From assembly GCA_963668175.1 (NCBI GenBank), contig OY764159.1:256001-320000 (forward strand): DNA of 64,000 nucleotides, in the 5' to 3' direction. Positions 33,689 through 45,800 of the stretch are shown in pieces. The DNA is from Syntrophales bacterium (lineage in GTDB: Bacteria; Desulfobacterota; Syntrophia; Syntrophales; PHBD01). A program made the translations under genes and the position numbers. The stretch's first letter is position 1. Each line of letters opens with the position of its first letter. A model generated the notes under the pieces. It did no database searches. It was not told the DNA's origin and worked only from the letters and a program-made list of their open reading frames with translations.

Positions 33689-36600
33689 ATGAGACTAAAA
33701 CGCCTCGAAATAGCCGGTTTTAAATCCTTCCGCGACAGGGTCGTCCTCGACTTCCGGGGCGGCATCAGCGCCGTGGTCGGCCCCAACGGCTGCGGGAAGA
33801 GTAATATTGTCGACGCCATACGATGGGTCATGGGCGAGCAGCGCGTCAAGATGCTTCGCGGCAAGAAGATGGACGACGTCATCTTCAACGGCAGTGAAGG
33901 CGCATCGCCTGTCGGCTTGTCCGAGGTATGCATGACAATGTCGAGCGATGACGGACTGGGATTCACCGGCACTTATGTCGACTGCACCGAAGTCTCGATT
34001 ACGAGACGCCTCTTCCGGGATGGAGAAAGCGAATATGCCATCAACAACGTGCCCTGCCGGCTTCTCGATGTCCGGGAATTCTTCATGGGAACGGGCGTCG
34101 GCTCCAAAACGTACTCCCTGGTGGAACAAAACAGCGTCGCCTCCCTCGTCGAAGCGAAACCGGAAGAGAGAAGACAGTTCATCGAAGAGGCGGCAGGCAT
34201 TTCCAAGTATAAAAGCCGCAAGGAATCCGCCATAAGGAAGATGGAGGCCACCCAGCAGAATCTGGTCCGGGTGAACGACATCATCAGGGAAGTGAAAAAC
34301 CAATTGAACGCCCTGTCCCGACAGGCCAAAAGGGCGGAACAATACAGAACGCTGAGAAAGGGCATCAAGGAAACGGAGCTTACGATCCTGCTCCAGACAT
34401 CCGCCGACCTGGCCGAAAAGCGCGAAGGCCTGGAGATCGCCCTGACCTCCGTTCAGAACAGGGAATTGGAATCGAAAACCCGAGCCGAATCTCTGGAGGC
34501 GGAACTGGAACAGGCCAAGCTCGTCCTGTTGGATCACGAGAGCAAGGTTTCGGAAACACAGGAAAAGATTTACTCGATCAAAAACGAAATCGGCATCAAG
34601 GAACAGGCCATCAGCTTTCTTAAGCAAAAAAGCGAGGACCTCAGGGGCAGAAAGTCGAAAATCGAAACGGACCTGGAACGCCTGAGAAACCAACTGGAGG
34701 AAGCCGCCAAGGAGATGGAAGCCGTCCGGTCGGCCCACATTGCCTCCGATGAAGATATCGAGACCGCCGCCAAGGAAATAGATCAAATTCAATCTGCGCT
34801 GGAAACGCTGAAGGCCAATGACAAGGAAACACACAGAACCATTGAGGAAAAAAAGATTTCTTTCATCGACGTCGTGACCCGCAAGGCCAGCCTCAGGAAC
34901 TCCCTGACAAGCCTCATTAAAGGTGTTGAAGACTTGCAGAAACGGGGCGAGAAGAACACCCTGGAGAGAGAGGAGCAGGACAAGAGGCTGCAGAGCGCCC
35001 GAAGAACCCTGGAAGAAACCCAGGAAGGGCAGGCCGCGGATGAGGCGGCACTTGACGATCTGATCATCAGGAAAGGGGACGCTGCCGACGAACTGGAAAG
35101 GGTCAAGTCCGAACGCCAGGAACTGGAAGAAAAAATAACGGAAACCAAGGAAGAAATCAGCAAGATATCCGCCCGGCTGCAATCACTCCGTGAATTTCAG
35201 GAAGGATACGCCTGGTGCAGCGAATCGACCAAGACCCTCATGTCCGCAAGACAGTTTGAAGACCTGGAAGGGTTGAGGCGCGAAGATTTTCTGGGGCTGG
35301 TGGCCGATCATATCGATGTCCCCAAGGAGTATGAAACCGCCGTAGAGGCCGTCCTGGGAGAAAAGCTTCAATACATCCTCGTAAAGACCCAAAGGGAGGG
35401 CGTCAGGGCCATCGATTACCTCAAGAGTTATTCCCTTGGCCGGTGCAGTTTTGTTCCCCTTGAAGCCAGATATCATGTCTCGGGAACGGAATCGTGGGAA
35501 CACCTGAAAGACACGGTCAAACTGATCGATGTCGTGAAAACCTCGGATGACATCAGGGGCATCGCACCCACGCTATTGGGTGATGTTGTCTTGATTCCCG
35601 ACTTGTCGAAAGGGGTCCATCTCTGGAGGCAGAATGGTTTTATGGGCACCTTTGTCACGCCGGAAGGGGACATCATCACCCCTCAGGGCGTGCTGACGGG
35701 CGGAAGCAGGGCCAACGGCGAAAGGAGCCTTTTACAAAACAAGCGAGAGATCGCCGAACTGGATCATGAATTGAAGAGGTCGCTGGCCTCTCTTGAAGCC
35801 GACACCGAAACCAGGCGTCAGAAGAATGCCCAGATCGTCCAGTGGGAGGAAGAACTGGTCCAGTTGCGGTCCCGGATTCATCAGTGCGAAATCCAGATCA
35901 ACGGCAAGCGCAAAGACCTTGAACGCTTCGAGGACGAATGCCGCCGCTTGCAGCAGCGCCTCCACGTCCTTTCCCTTGATCAGGACAATCTGCTTTCCGA
36001 AATCGAGGAGGCGGCCGGCAAGAAAGAAGAGATCACCCGCGAGTTGTCGGCAACGGAAAAGGAAGAAGGCGATATCAACAGCGTGATCGCCGTCCTGCAG
36101 CAGCAATGGACGGACCTGCGCAGCGACGTGGAAAAGACGGAAGGCCGTCTGACCGAGAAGAAGGTCCACCTCGCATCCTTAAATCAAAAAAGGGAAGCGA
36201 ACAAGCAAACCATCGAGCGCCTGGAGGCAACCAGGACCCAGACATCCCTTGAGATCGAAGCAAGAACGGAGGAGGCGCGAACGGCGGAAGCCGAAGCGGA
36301 AGATGCCGCGGCACTTATCGCGGCCGATGAACAGGAGCTGGAGCGGCTATACGTTGGCCTTACGTCCGTAGAAGAATCGTTTTCCCACATGAAGGGATTG
36401 CAGCAGGAGAAGGAAGGTCTCGTGAAGGCTATTGAATCCCGAATCCGTGAGGCCGGGAATGCCCTTGAACGCATCAGAGAGGAATCGAAGGACCTGGAAG
36501 TCCAATATCGTGAAATCGCCTATCAATTGGACGGCATCAAGCAGACCATCCAGGAGAAGGACTTTGGCGATATTTCCCAGATTGTTGCCGACTTCGTGCG

Positions 36601-37261
36601 CCTGCCCGAGGAGGAGATCACGCGTTTAAGAGAACGGATCGCGAAGGACAGGCAGACTGTCGAGGGATTCGGAGAGGTCAACCTGCTTGCCATAGAGGAG
36701 TATGAACAGCTCAAGGAACGTCACGAGTTCCTTTCGACCCAGGCAGGGGACCTTAACACGTCCCTCAACGATCTCCAAAAGACCATTACGCAGATCAACC
36801 AGGTTTCCCGCAAACGTTTCGCCGAAACCTTCGAAGCGGTCAATGCCAGCTTCAAAGACGTCTTTGCCAGGTTGTTTCCCGGCGGCCGGGGAGAACTTAA
36901 GCTTACCGACGAGACGGACATGCTCGAAACGGGCGTCGATATCGACATCCAGGTTCCCGGAAAGCGGGCCCAGAACATCACGCTATTATCCGGAGGAGAG
37001 AAATCGCTCGCGGCCATCGCCCTGATCTTCGCGATCATTCTTCATCGTCCCTCGCCCTTCCTGTTGCTCGACGAGGTGGACGCCGCCCTGGACGATGCCA
37101 ATATTTCCCTGTTCAACAATCTGCTCAAGGATATTGCCGCCCACTCCCAGATCATGATGGTCACCCATAACAAGCGCTCCATGGAAGTCGCCAGCCATTT
37201 GTATGGAATAACGATGCAACAGCAGGGCGTATCGACCGTTGTGTCCGTCAACCTCCAATAG
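33689..37261 (+). CDS. smc: Chromosome segregation protein SMC
   Basis: GFKSF, GPNGCGKSN, long coiled coils, hinge, LSGGEK, LDEVDAALD; 1190 aa. Confidence 0.98.
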   Translation: MRLKRLEIAGFKSFRDRVVLDFRGGISAVVGPNGCGKSNIVDAIRWVMGEQRVKMLRGKKMDDVIFNGSEGASPVGLSEVCMTMSSDDGLGFTGTYVDCTEVSITRRLFRDGESEYAINNVPCRLLDVREFFMGTGVGSKTYSLVEQNSVASLVEAKPEERRQFIEEAAGISKYKSRKESAIRKMEATQQNLVRVNDIIREVKNQLNALSRQAKRAEQYRTLRKGIKETELTILLQTSADLAEKREGLEIALTSVQNRELESKTRAESLEAELEQAKLVLLDHESKVSETQEKIYSIKNEIGIKEQAISFLKQKSEDLRGRKSKIETDLERLRNQLEEAAKEMEAVRSAHIASDEDIETAAKEIDQIQSALETLKANDKETHRTIEEKKISFIDVVTRKASLRNSLTSLIKGVEDLQKRGEKNTLEREEQDKRLQSARRTLEETQEGQAADEAALDDLIIRKGDAADELERVKSERQELEEKITETKEEISKISARLQSLREFQEGYAWCSESTKTLMSARQFEDLEGLRREDFLGLVADHIDVPKEYETAVEAVLGEKLQYILVKTQREGVRAIDYLKSYSLGRCSFVPLEARYHVSGTESWEHLKDTVKLIDVVKTSDDIRGIAPTLLGDVVLIPDLSKGVHLWRQNGFMGTFVTPEGDIITPQGVLTGGSRANGERSLLQNKREIAELDHELKRSLASLEADTETRRQKNAQIVQWEEELVQLRSRIHQCEIQINGKRKDLERFEDECRRLQQRLHVLSLDQDNLLSEIEEAAGKKEEITRELSATEKEEGDINSVIAVLQQQWTDLRSDVEKTEGRLTEKKVHLASLNQKREANKQTIERLEATRTQTSLEIEARTEEARTAEAEAEDAAALIAADEQELERLYVGLTSVEESFSHMKGLQQEKEGLVKAIESRIREAGNALERIREESKDLEVQYREIAYQLDGIKQTIQEKDFGDISQIVADFVRLPEEEITRLRERIAKDRQTVEGFGEVNLLAIEEYEQLKERHEFLSTQAGDLNTSLNDLQKTITQINQVSRKRFAETFEAVNASFKDVFARLFPGGRGELKLTDETDMLETGVDIDIQVPGKRAQNITLLSGGEKSLAAIALIFAIILHRPSPFLLLDEVDAALDDANISLFNNLLKDIAAHSQIMMVTHNKRSMEVASHLYGITMQQQGVSTVVSVNLQ

Positions 37262-37448
37262 CCGTCCCGCCTGTTTTCGGAGGAAACCCCTTCATTCAAA
37301 AACCGAAAGAGAGGGCCGTCCTGATGCATGTCGGACTGGCGCCTCCAGCATTCGGAATCACGGTCATTGTTTTCGCGACGGCGGATTCCATCTTTACAAC
37401 ACCGGTCAAACATGGTTATAAGATTTTTTCATTTCATCAGGGTGCAAC

Positions 37449-38378
37449 ATGGGAATAGACAGAGACAGCAAAGGGTTCTTCGGGAGGCTCAAACAGGGCC
37501 TCGCCAAAACGAAACAGTTCCTTCTCACCGATGTCGAGGATCTTCTGCAAAAGAAGGAGATCGGCCAGGAGCTCTTCGACGAGTTGGAAGCCGTGTTGAT
37601 TGCCGCCGATATCGGACCTGCCTTCACTTATGACCTGATCGAGAAGATGAAGGATAAGGTCAAGCGCAAGGAGCTCGATAAACCGGAGTTGCTAAAGAAG
37701 GTCCTCCGGGATGCCATGACGGAGATATTAAAGGCCTCATCCTCACCGCTGACCATTCCCCGCGACGGCATCTTCACGATCATGGTCGTCGGCGTCAACG
37801 GCACCGGAAAAACGACGACCATCGGAAAGCTCGCCCATCAGTTGAAGAATGAAGGACGATCGGTCATGCTGGCCGCAGCCGATACCTTCCGGGCGGCGGC
37901 AATAGAACAGCTGGAGGTATGGAGCAAGCGCGTCAACGTCCCCCTGGTCAAACAGCAAACCGGGTCCGATCCTTCCGCCGTCGTGTATGATGCCCTGTCG
38001 GCAGCCAAGGCCTCCAAGAGCGAGATCGTCATCATCGATACGGCAGGCAGACTGCACACGAAGATCAACCTGATGGAAGAGCTGAAGAAGATGAAAAGAA
38101 TCATGGGGCGCGAGCTTCCCGGCGCACCGCATGAAACCCTCCTGGTCCTGGATGCCACGACGGGCCAGAACGCGATCTCCCAGGCCAAAATGTTCAACAG
38201 CGAAATCGGCCTTTCCGGCATTGTCCTGACCAAGCTTGACGGCACCTCGAAAGGCGGAATGGTCATCCGTATCGCCCGGGAACTTCAAATCCCCATCCTC
38301 TACATCGGCATCGGCGAAGGGCTGGAAGACCTGCGTCCATTCAACGCCGAGGAGTTCGTCAACGCCATATTCGAGTAG
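37449..38378 (+). CDS. ftsY: SRP receptor FtsY (NG domains, no acidic A domain)
   Basis: GVNGTGKTTT, DTFRAAA, DTAGR, TKLDG. Confidence 0.97.
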   Translation: MGIDRDSKGFFGRLKQGLAKTKQFLLTDVEDLLQKKEIGQELFDELEAVLIAADIGPAFTYDLIEKMKDKVKRKELDKPELLKKVLRDAMTEILKASSSPLTIPRDGIFTIMVVGVNGTGKTTTIGKLAHQLKNEGRSVMLAAADTFRAAAIEQLEVWSKRVNVPLVKQQTGSDPSAVVYDALSAAKASKSEIVIIDTAGRLHTKINLMEELKKMKRIMGRELPGAPHETLLVLDATTGQNAISQAKMFNSEIGLSGIVLTKLDGTSKGGMVIRIARELQIPILYIGIGEGLEDLRPFNAEEFVNAIFE

Positions 38379-38419
38379 CCGTCTGATTTGGCGATACAGT
38401 CGCAACGGGAAAGAACGTC

Positions 38420-39061
38420 ATGAAAAAACTTTTCGCCATAGGCGATATTCATGGTTGCGCCTCCAAACTCATGGATATCCTGCATAAGGTCTCCATTAAC
38501 GCCGACCGCGACACCCTGGTCTTTATCGGCGATTATATCGACCGGGGACCCCATTCCAAGGAAGTCGTCGACATCATCCTGGGTATCAAAAAACGCGTGA
38601 GAGACGTCATCTGTCTGATAGGCAACCATGAGCATATGCTGATCAATTACCATCTTCACGGGACCGGGGAAGAGATGTTTTTCCAGAACGGGGGCGACGT
38701 CACCGCCCACGCCTATGGACTCAAGCGAACGGCACAACGAACAAAGATGAATATCCCCGAGGAACATCTCGCCTTCTATCAGTCTCTTCTTCCATATTAT
38801 GAAACGGAGCATTTCATTTTCGTCCACGCCGGACTGAGACCGGGTATCCCTTTGAGCGGCCAGCACATGGAAGATGTCATCTGGATAAGAAACGACTTTA
38901 TCAAATCGACGTACGATTTCGGCAAGAGAGTAGTCTTCGGCCACACTCCTATATCTAAGCCCCTGATTGAAAAGAATAAGATCGGCATCGACACCGGTGC
39001 CGTTTACGGCGGCAAACTCACCTGCATCGAGTTGACCGAGATGAAAATCGAACAAGTATGA
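38420..39061 (+). CDS. PPP-family (calcineurin-like) Ser/Thr phosphatase / metallophosphoesterase
   Basis: GDIHG, GDYIDRG, GNHE, FVHAG, FGHT, IDTG. Confidence 0.9.
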   Translation: MKKLFAIGDIHGCASKLMDILHKVSINADRDTLVFIGDYIDRGPHSKEVVDIILGIKKRVRDVICLIGNHEHMLINYHLHGTGEEMFFQNGGDVTAHAYGLKRTAQRTKMNIPEEHLAFYQSLLPYYETEHFIFVHAGLRPGIPLSGQHMEDVIWIRNDFIKSTYDFGKRVVFGHTPISKPLIEKNKIGIDTGAVYGGKLTCIELTEMKIEQV

Positions 39062-39972
39062 ACCCCATGAAAATCATTGAATGTGTGCCGAATTTCAGTG
39101 AGGGGAGGCATCGGGATAAGGTCGAGGAGATGGTGGCGGCACTCCTGTCCGTCCCCGGTATTTCGCTGCTCAATGCCTGCCTGGACGCTGACCATAACCG
39201 CTCTGTTGTGACCTTCATCGGCGCTCCGGATGCCGTCCTCGCCGGTGCGCTGGTCATCTGCAGCAAAGCATGCGAAATCATTGACATGCGTCTCCACAAG
39301 GGGGAACACCCGCGGATCGGCGCCATCGATGTCGTCCCGTTCGTTCCCCTTGCCGGCGCCGCCATGGCCGATGCCGTCGATATCGCCCATCGTTTCGGCC
39401 GGACCTTCGCCGCCAGGAATCATGTACCGGTCTATTTCTATGGCGAGGCGGCCCTGGAAGCCCACCGGAAAAACCTGGCCGACATTCGCCGTGGAGGTTA
39501 CGAACGGCTCCATGAGAAGATATATGAGGCGGCCTGGCGACCGGATGCAGGAGGTACGGCGTTTAACGAGCGGTCGGGAGTGACGGCCGTCGGGGCCAGG
39601 ATGCCGCTTATCGCCTACAACGTCAACCTGAAGACCTCCGACAAGGATATCGCCAGGGCTATCGCCGGGGCTATCAGGGAATCGGGCGGGGGGCTGCCCC
39701 ATGTGAAAGCCCTCGGCATTTACCTTGAGAGCAGGAACCTGGCTCAGGTCTCTATGAACCTGACGGACTTCCGGATCACGTCTCCCCGGAAAGTCTTCGA
39801 TCTCATCCGGGAAAAGGCACGGGCTCTGAATACGGATGTCCTCGAATCGGAGCTCATCGGACTCATCCCGCAGGAAGCCCTCAAAGATACATCACCGGAA
39901 TATTTGATGATAACCGGTTTTACCGAGGATAGAATTCTCGAAAACCACATGCCGGACGATTTTGGTTCTTAA
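39058..39972 (+). CDS. ftcD: Glutamate formiminotransferase (stand-alone)
   Basis: ECVPNFSEGR, DHNRSV, HPRIGA.DV.PF, GAR..LIAYNVNL, QVSMN; no cyclodeaminase domain. Confidence 0.9.
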   Translation: MNPMKIIECVPNFSEGRHRDKVEEMVAALLSVPGISLLNACLDADHNRSVVTFIGAPDAVLAGALVICSKACEIIDMRLHKGEHPRIGAIDVVPFVPLAGAAMADAVDIAHRFGRTFAARNHVPVYFYGEAALEAHRKNLADIRRGGYERLHEKIYEAAWRPDAGGTAFNERSGVTAVGARMPLIAYNVNLKTSDKDIARAIAGAIRESGGGLPHVKALGIYLESRNLAQVSMNLTDFRITSPRKVFDLIREKARALNTDVLESELIGLIPQEALKDTSPEYLMITGFTEDRILENHMPDDFGS

Positions 39973-40067
39973 GGAGCACATGTCCCTTATCTTTATGCCC
40001 AGCCTGAAGGCCGGATCGCGGCTTGCTTTTTTTCACAGGGCATCATAAAAGATCCATGGAGCTTGCG

Positions 40068-40526
40068 ATGTTGACGGACAAGGAAAAAAAGGTGGCCGCC
40101 TATATACAGAAAGACATCCCCCTCGTGGAAAGCCCTTTCGCGCAGGCAGCTTCCGAGCTGGGCATCCCCGAGAAGGAGATCATCGCGATCACGGAAGATC
40201 TCATGAAAAGGGGTATTATCAGGAAATTCGGCGCCATTCTCCGGCATCAAAAAGCGGGCTATACAAGAAACATCATGGTGGTCTGGGCCGTTCCGGAGGA
40301 CCGTTGCGACAAGACCGGCACCCTTCTGTCCGCCTTTCCTCAGGTAACGCACTGCTATCGGCGGACACCGCCTTTCGAGGGGAAATACAACATCTTCACC
40401 ATGGTCCATCTGCAGAGCGAAAGCGACACGATTATCGATACGCTTTCCCTGGCGGCGGGGATCGACGACTACAAGGCCCTTGCAAGCGAAGAAGAGTATA
40501 AAAAAAGCAGCATGGAGTACTTCTAA
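40068..40526 (+). CDS. ahbB: Siroheme decarboxylase subunit (AhbB/NirH-like, Lrp/AsnC fold)
   Basis: Q.DIPL...[38 protein letters not shown]; adjacent to hemL. Confidence 0.8.
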   Translation: MLTDKEKKVAAYIQKDIPLVESPFAQAASELGIPEKEIIAITEDLMKRGIIRKFGAILRHQKAGYTRNIMVVWAVPEDRCDKTGTLLSAFPQVTHCYRRTPPFEGKYNIFTMVHLQSESDTIIDTLSLAAGIDDYKALASEEEYKKSSMEYF

Positions 40527-40527
40527 T

Positions 40528-41811
40528 ATGGGATCGACATCGAAGGCGCTTTTTGAGAGAGCACAACAGGTCATACCGGGGGGCGTCAACAGCCCCGTCC
40601 GGGCGTTCAAATCCGTGAACGCCTCGCCGATATTCATTGAAAAAGCAGCCGGTTCACGCATTTACGACGTGGATGGTAAAGAGTATGTGGACTTTGTCCT
40701 GTCCTGGGGGCCCATGATCCTCGGCCATGCGAATCCGTTCGTCACGGCGGCGATCGGGGAGGCCCTCAAGGGAGGAACGAGCTACGGAGCCCCGACCGAA
40801 CGGGAAGTTGAACTGGCGCAGCTGATCACCGAGGCCTTCCCTTCCATCGACATGGTCCGTATGGTGAACTCCGGGACGGAAGCGGTCATGAGCGCCATCC
40901 GCCTGGCGAGAGGCTTTACCGGCCGGGACAAGATCCTGAAATTCGAAGGCTGCTACCACGGACACGCCGATTCCCTGCTGGTCAAGGCCGGTTCCGGCGT
41001 CGCAACGTTTGGAATCCCGGGCAGCCCCGGCGTACCCAAGGCATTGGCCGAACTGACCATCACGGTCCCCTTCAACGATGCCGACGCCTTCCGGCAGGCC
41101 GTCGCACAACACGGCTCCGACCTGGCGGCCGTCATCATCGAACCTGTCGCCGGGAATATGGGCGTCGTTCCTCCTAAACCGGGTTATCTCAAATCCATCC
41201 GGGAGCTGACATCGCAAAACGGCATCGTCCTGATCCTGGACGAAGTGATTACGGGTTTCCGTTTCCATTACGGCGGCTATCAGACCATAGCCGATATTCA
41301 ACCCGACCTGACCTGCCTCGGCAAGATTATCGGCGGCGGCCTGCCGGTAGGAGCCTTTGGCGGCAGGCAAGACATTATGGAGCAATTGGCCCCGGCCGGC
41401 AATGTCTACCAGGCGGGGACCCTGTCCGGAAATCCCCTGGCCATGGCTGCAGGCATCGCCACCCTGACAGCCCTCAGGGAGAGCGCCGACTACTACGAAC
41501 TTCTCAATAGAAAGGCCTTCAGTCTCTGCGACGACATGCGATCCGCCTTCGAGCGGAAGGGCCTTCCCGTACAGATCAACTTTGCCGGTTCCATATTTAC
41601 CCTGTTCTTTACGGACCGGGAGGTCGTCGATTATGCCACGGCCGCCATGAGCGACACGAAACTCTTTGCCCGGTATTTCGCCGGCATGCTGGAAAACGGC
41701 ATCAACATCGCGCCATCCCAGTTTGAGGCATCTTTCCTCTCGTTTGCCCATACGGACGAGGATTTCGAGAAGACCCTCGAAGCCTGCGACAGGACGCTGA
41801 AAAGCCTGTAA
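40528..41811 (+). CDS. hemL: Glutamate-1-semialdehyde 2,1-aminomutase
   Basis: [36 protein letters not shown]. Confidence 0.97.
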   Translation: MGSTSKALFERAQQVIPGGVNSPVRAFKSVNASPIFIEKAAGSRIYDVDGKEYVDFVLSWGPMILGHANPFVTAAIGEALKGGTSYGAPTEREVELAQLITEAFPSIDMVRMVNSGTEAVMSAIRLARGFTGRDKILKFEGCYHGHADSLLVKAGSGVATFGIPGSPGVPKALAELTITVPFNDADAFRQAVAQHGSDLAAVIIEPVAGNMGVVPPKPGYLKSIRELTSQNGIVLILDEVITGFRFHYGGYQTIADIQPDLTCLGKIIGGGLPVGAFGGRQDIMEQLAPAGNVYQAGTLSGNPLAMAAGIATLTALRESADYYELLNRKAFSLCDDMRSAFERKGLPVQINFAGSIFTLFFTDREVVDYATAAMSDTKLFARYFAGMLENGINIAPSQFEASFLSFAHTDEDFEKTLEACDRTLKSL

Positions 41812-41843
41812 TGACGGCCCGAGGAAGAAATATACGCTGCCCC

Positions 41844-42755
41844 TTAAGACTCCGTTTCTGAAACGATTTCCCCGTCCCCCAGCTTTGGTCCCAGGAACGG
41901 CTCAAAGTGGTACCATTCCTCCGGACGGCGGCGGGCTTCATTCTCCAGCATATTGGCGTAGGCCTGCGCCGAGTCCTCAATAGCCTTTTTTCTGTCCTGC
42001 CGTGCCGCAGCACGTACATACTGAGGCTCGGAGACCCTCACATGATAGGCGCGATCTCCGGTACGGCTGACAAAAAACATGAAGAGCGGAGCGCCGGACA
42101 GAAGGGCAAAAATATGCGGCGCTTCGGGAAGATCGACCCGGTGCCCGAGAAATTTTACTGCAACGGATCTCTGCCCCTCGCTCCAAAGCCGGTCCCCCGT
42201 CAGGGAAACGAAGCCGCCCTCCCGGAGAAACTGGACCCCTTCGACAATATCGAAAGGAGACCCTCCTTCCGGACTGACGGCAATAATCCTGACCCCCAGG
42301 TCTTCCAGGCTCTTCTTCTGCGTTTTTTCGATCTGCTCCCGGTGTTTCTCTCCCAGATAAAGCAACAGACGGAAACCTTTCAATTTCAGGAGGTGAGCGG
42401 CGATTTCCCAACTTCCCATATGGGACATGAGCAGGATGCCGCCTGTGCCTCTATCCAAGGCTGCATGGAGATGCTCCCACCCTTCCCTCGTCACGGAGAT
42501 ATCGCCGGTATATTGCAGGAGGAAGCGATCCATGTAGACCGTCGTGAAGTTATGGTACTGGCGCCAGGCGCACCGCAGGTGATACCAGGGACTGCGGCCG
42601 GGGAAGAGCGCCCGATAAAACCTCATGCTCAAAGCGACCCTCACGGGAAGGAAGAAGAAATAACCCGTGGAAATCCACCACGAAAATATCTTAAAGACCC
42701 AGATTCCCAGACCTTTCGATAAAGAGACGATGAATCGATATAAGAGACCGATCAT
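41844..42755 (-). CDS. LpxL/LABLAT-like lysophospholipid acyltransferase
   Basis: SHMGSWE (HxxxxE), GDR, FLG, PEEWYHF. Confidence 0.85.
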   Translation of the reverse strand: MIGLLYRFIVSLSKGLGIWVFKIFSWWISTGYFFFLPVRVALSMRFYRALFPGRSPWYHLRCAWRQYHNFTTVYMDRFLLQYTGDISVTREGWEHLHAALDRGTGGILLMSHMGSWEIAAHLLKLKGFRLLLYLGEKHREQIEKTQKKSLEDLGVRIIAVSPEGGSPFDIVEGVQFLREGGFVSLTGDRLWSEGQRSVAVKFLGHRVDLPEAPHIFALLSGAPLFMFFVSRTGDRAYHVRVSEPQYVRAAARQDRKKAIEDSAQAYANMLENEARRRPEEWYHFEPFLGPKLGDGEIVSETES

Positions 42756-42827
42756 AGGACCTTCCGTTTAACATGACTTTGACAAATTAACTTCCAAGCC
42801 CCCCTGAGACATTTTCGCGATATCCGC

Positions 42828-45800
42828 TTATACCTTGAAAGCGGTCAGGATAAGGAACCTTGCCGGGGTTTCGGATTCGGGCTCTGCAACGTCGAAGCCC
42901 TCAGCGGTTAATATCGCCATAACCTCTTCGTGTGAACGGACCACGGGTTTTATTCCCAAGAGCCTGTTTCGCAAGGCACTCAGCGTATCCCGCCTTGATA
43001 AATCCGTCGAAGACGTAGCGCGCTCCCGGATCAATAACATCCCTCCCGGTGCCAGGGATTCCCGAATTTTCCGCAGCGTCAGGCTAAATTCCTCATCGGA
43101 AAGAAGGTGGATGACGTCAAGAAGCAGCGCCGTATCCGCACCGCTTGGAAGATTGTCCAACGCCGGTGCTTTTCCCTGCACGGCGACACCCTGCTTTCCT
43201 ATTACCCGCGACGCGAAGAGTACCCGCTTCTTTTCGGGATCGACGGCATGAACCCGGGCGGCCGGATAAAGTTCAAGGAGCCAGGCGCAGGCCAATCCGT
43301 AGCCACATCCTATATCAAGGATAAGCCGGGGCGCTTTCACGTATTCGGACAAACAGCCGTAAAGGGGATCGAAGCGCATCCTGAGCCAGGCATGAAGTCT
43401 CGGGGAGGCCTCCATATGCCGGTAGCGTACCATGACGCGCTTGCGGTGCCGTTTCGATGCGGGGACAAGGTCCTGCTCCGGCGGGCAATCGAGCGGCCGG
43501 TATATCCTTTTCATGAGGGGGGGAACGATGGCGATTGCTCCGAGGAAAGAATAGCCTATACCCAGCGCCAGGCCGATACCCACGCTGCGGAGGAGAACAT
43601 GTCCCGATATGGCCAGTACCCCGAATCCCAAAAATGTCGTGGCAAAGGACATAAAGACGGACAGCCTGATGAGGCCCAGCGAAGGATGGTACTCGTCCAG
43701 GTACCGTTGATAGGAGCGGACCAGATAGAGGGCATAGTCCGTACCCATGCCGATGATGACGACCGATACCATGATCATCGGAATGCCCAGGGGTTCATTC
43801 AGGAGATTCAATGTCCCGACGGTGCAGACGAGGGCGAAAACCGTCGGGGCAACGGCGATAAGGGTCAACGGCAAATCCAGGAGATAAAGAAACGCAACGG
43901 CCAGTGTCATGATGCCCACAATCAGGGCCACTTTCAGAAATCCCGAAAAGATAAACGCTCCCAACCTTTCGCCGAAGAATGTCGGATCGAAGACCTTCAC
44001 GTCGGATAGCGCTCTTAAACGCGTGAAGAAGGATACGGGACGATACTCCGGGCCGGGCGTCAGGGTTGTAAAGAATGAAAGACCCTGTCCGTCGTGTTTG
44101 CGGGCAATGCCCAGAAGACTGAAATACTGTTCGGGAACGCCGACTGCGCGGTATTCCCGTTCGGCCAGCATGCTCAGAAAGGGATTAAAGGCCCCGGGTC
44201 TGAAGCCCGACTCCCGGGCAGCCCGTTCTATGTCGGCGGTCAACGCCGATACGCGCTCGGAAGACCAGAATTCCCGCCAGTCCCGGAAATTTTGTCGCGC
44301 CCTCTCTTCGCCCGGGAACAAAAGTGACGGCACGAACGACGCGGACAGGACTCCGTTCGCCTCTTCCCGGTCTAGTTGGAACGCCAGCCGGTCCGCCCGC
44401 CGCTGCAGGTCGGCCACGTCGCCCCCTTCCTGAATAAGGAAAACACGATTCGCGATACCGCCCCAGACATCTTTGACCAGCTTCTCGGCAGCCACCGTCT
44501 GGGCGCTGATGCTGTTCATGGCGTTCAAATCGATGCGTATATCGGGCCTGGCAAAAAAGAGCATCACAAAGGCAAAAAAGAGTGCCGCCCATAATTTCCA
44601 GGGGTGTTCCGACGATGAAACGGCATTGACCATACGCTGCAGGGGAATGAAACCGTCCCGCCGCGCGGGCGGAACGGAGGGAAAAACGAAGGGATAAATC
44701 AAATGGACAAAAACGAACGTGAAAAACACTCCCAAAGCGGCGAACCAGCCGAGCTGGGAAAGGGCGGCAAAGCCGCCGAGGAACAGAAAGGCGAAGCTGA
44801 CGGCCGTCGTCAGCATGGCCAGGAGCCCCAGGGACCAGACTTCCTTCGTGGCTTCCAATCCATGCGTTTCATAAGGGCGGTCCAGAAAAAGCAGGTAGGC
44901 GATGCCGTAATCGACGGTGAACGATATGATGGCGCCTCCGAAACCGACGGCCAGCATGGAAATCGTCCGGTTAAAGAGGGAATAGACGAACAGGGCGGCG
45001 ATCGTCCCCGCAAACGCCGGAAGAAGTGCAAGCAATCCGATCAGCGGCCGGGGAAAACCGAGAATCAGGAGGATGGCAATGGCCAGGGTGGAAAAGATGA
45101 CGGCCTGGCGGGTGTCTCTCTTGGCGCTCGTTTCATTGTCCAGCGCGGCCCGATAAGCGCCGACAGGCGTCAAGATAAAGGCATCGCTTTGTCCGTAAGC
45201 GTGCGCCAATTCGCTTGTAATGCCGTCCATGACGGCAGTTACTTTGCGGGCATAGGCGGTATCCGCTGCCGGCACGGCAGGTTCGGCGACGATCAGGAGG
45301 TGTTTCTTGTCGGGGGAGATGATCTGGCCCCTGTACATGTCTATCTGCCGGGAAGGGGCCAGAGGAGCGAGACGGGCCATGACGATGTTCTTTAATCCCA
45401 GGGGGTCTTGAGCCGTGAACCGGGACTGGCCGATACCCTCCAGGCTTGAAAGCTGCGCGAAATTGGTTCGAACGGCGTCGCGGATGTGTCGGGAGTCAAG
45501 AAGCGGCAAAACGCGTTCTCGAAGGTCTTTGGCCGTAAAGAGAACGGTAAGGTGATTCACGACATACGCCATCAGTTCGGGAACGAGGGCATACTGATCC
45601 TCCAGGCCCACGCGCTTGAACAGACCGCTATCCCGGAGCCGCTTCTCGACCAACGCCCCCCCGTCGACCAGCCTGTCGATATCGTCGCCCCGATGGGCGA
45701 CGTCGATCACGATGCGGTCCTGGATGGGATGATTCCGGACGATGTAGCGGGCATCGGCAAGGACCGGATCGCTTTGCGGCAGGGAAGCGGTAAGGTCGAA

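Noticed and set aside
37262..37448. SRP RNA or 6S RNA between smc and ftsY
   Set aside because: No SRP helix-8 motif and no long rod-like pairing seen
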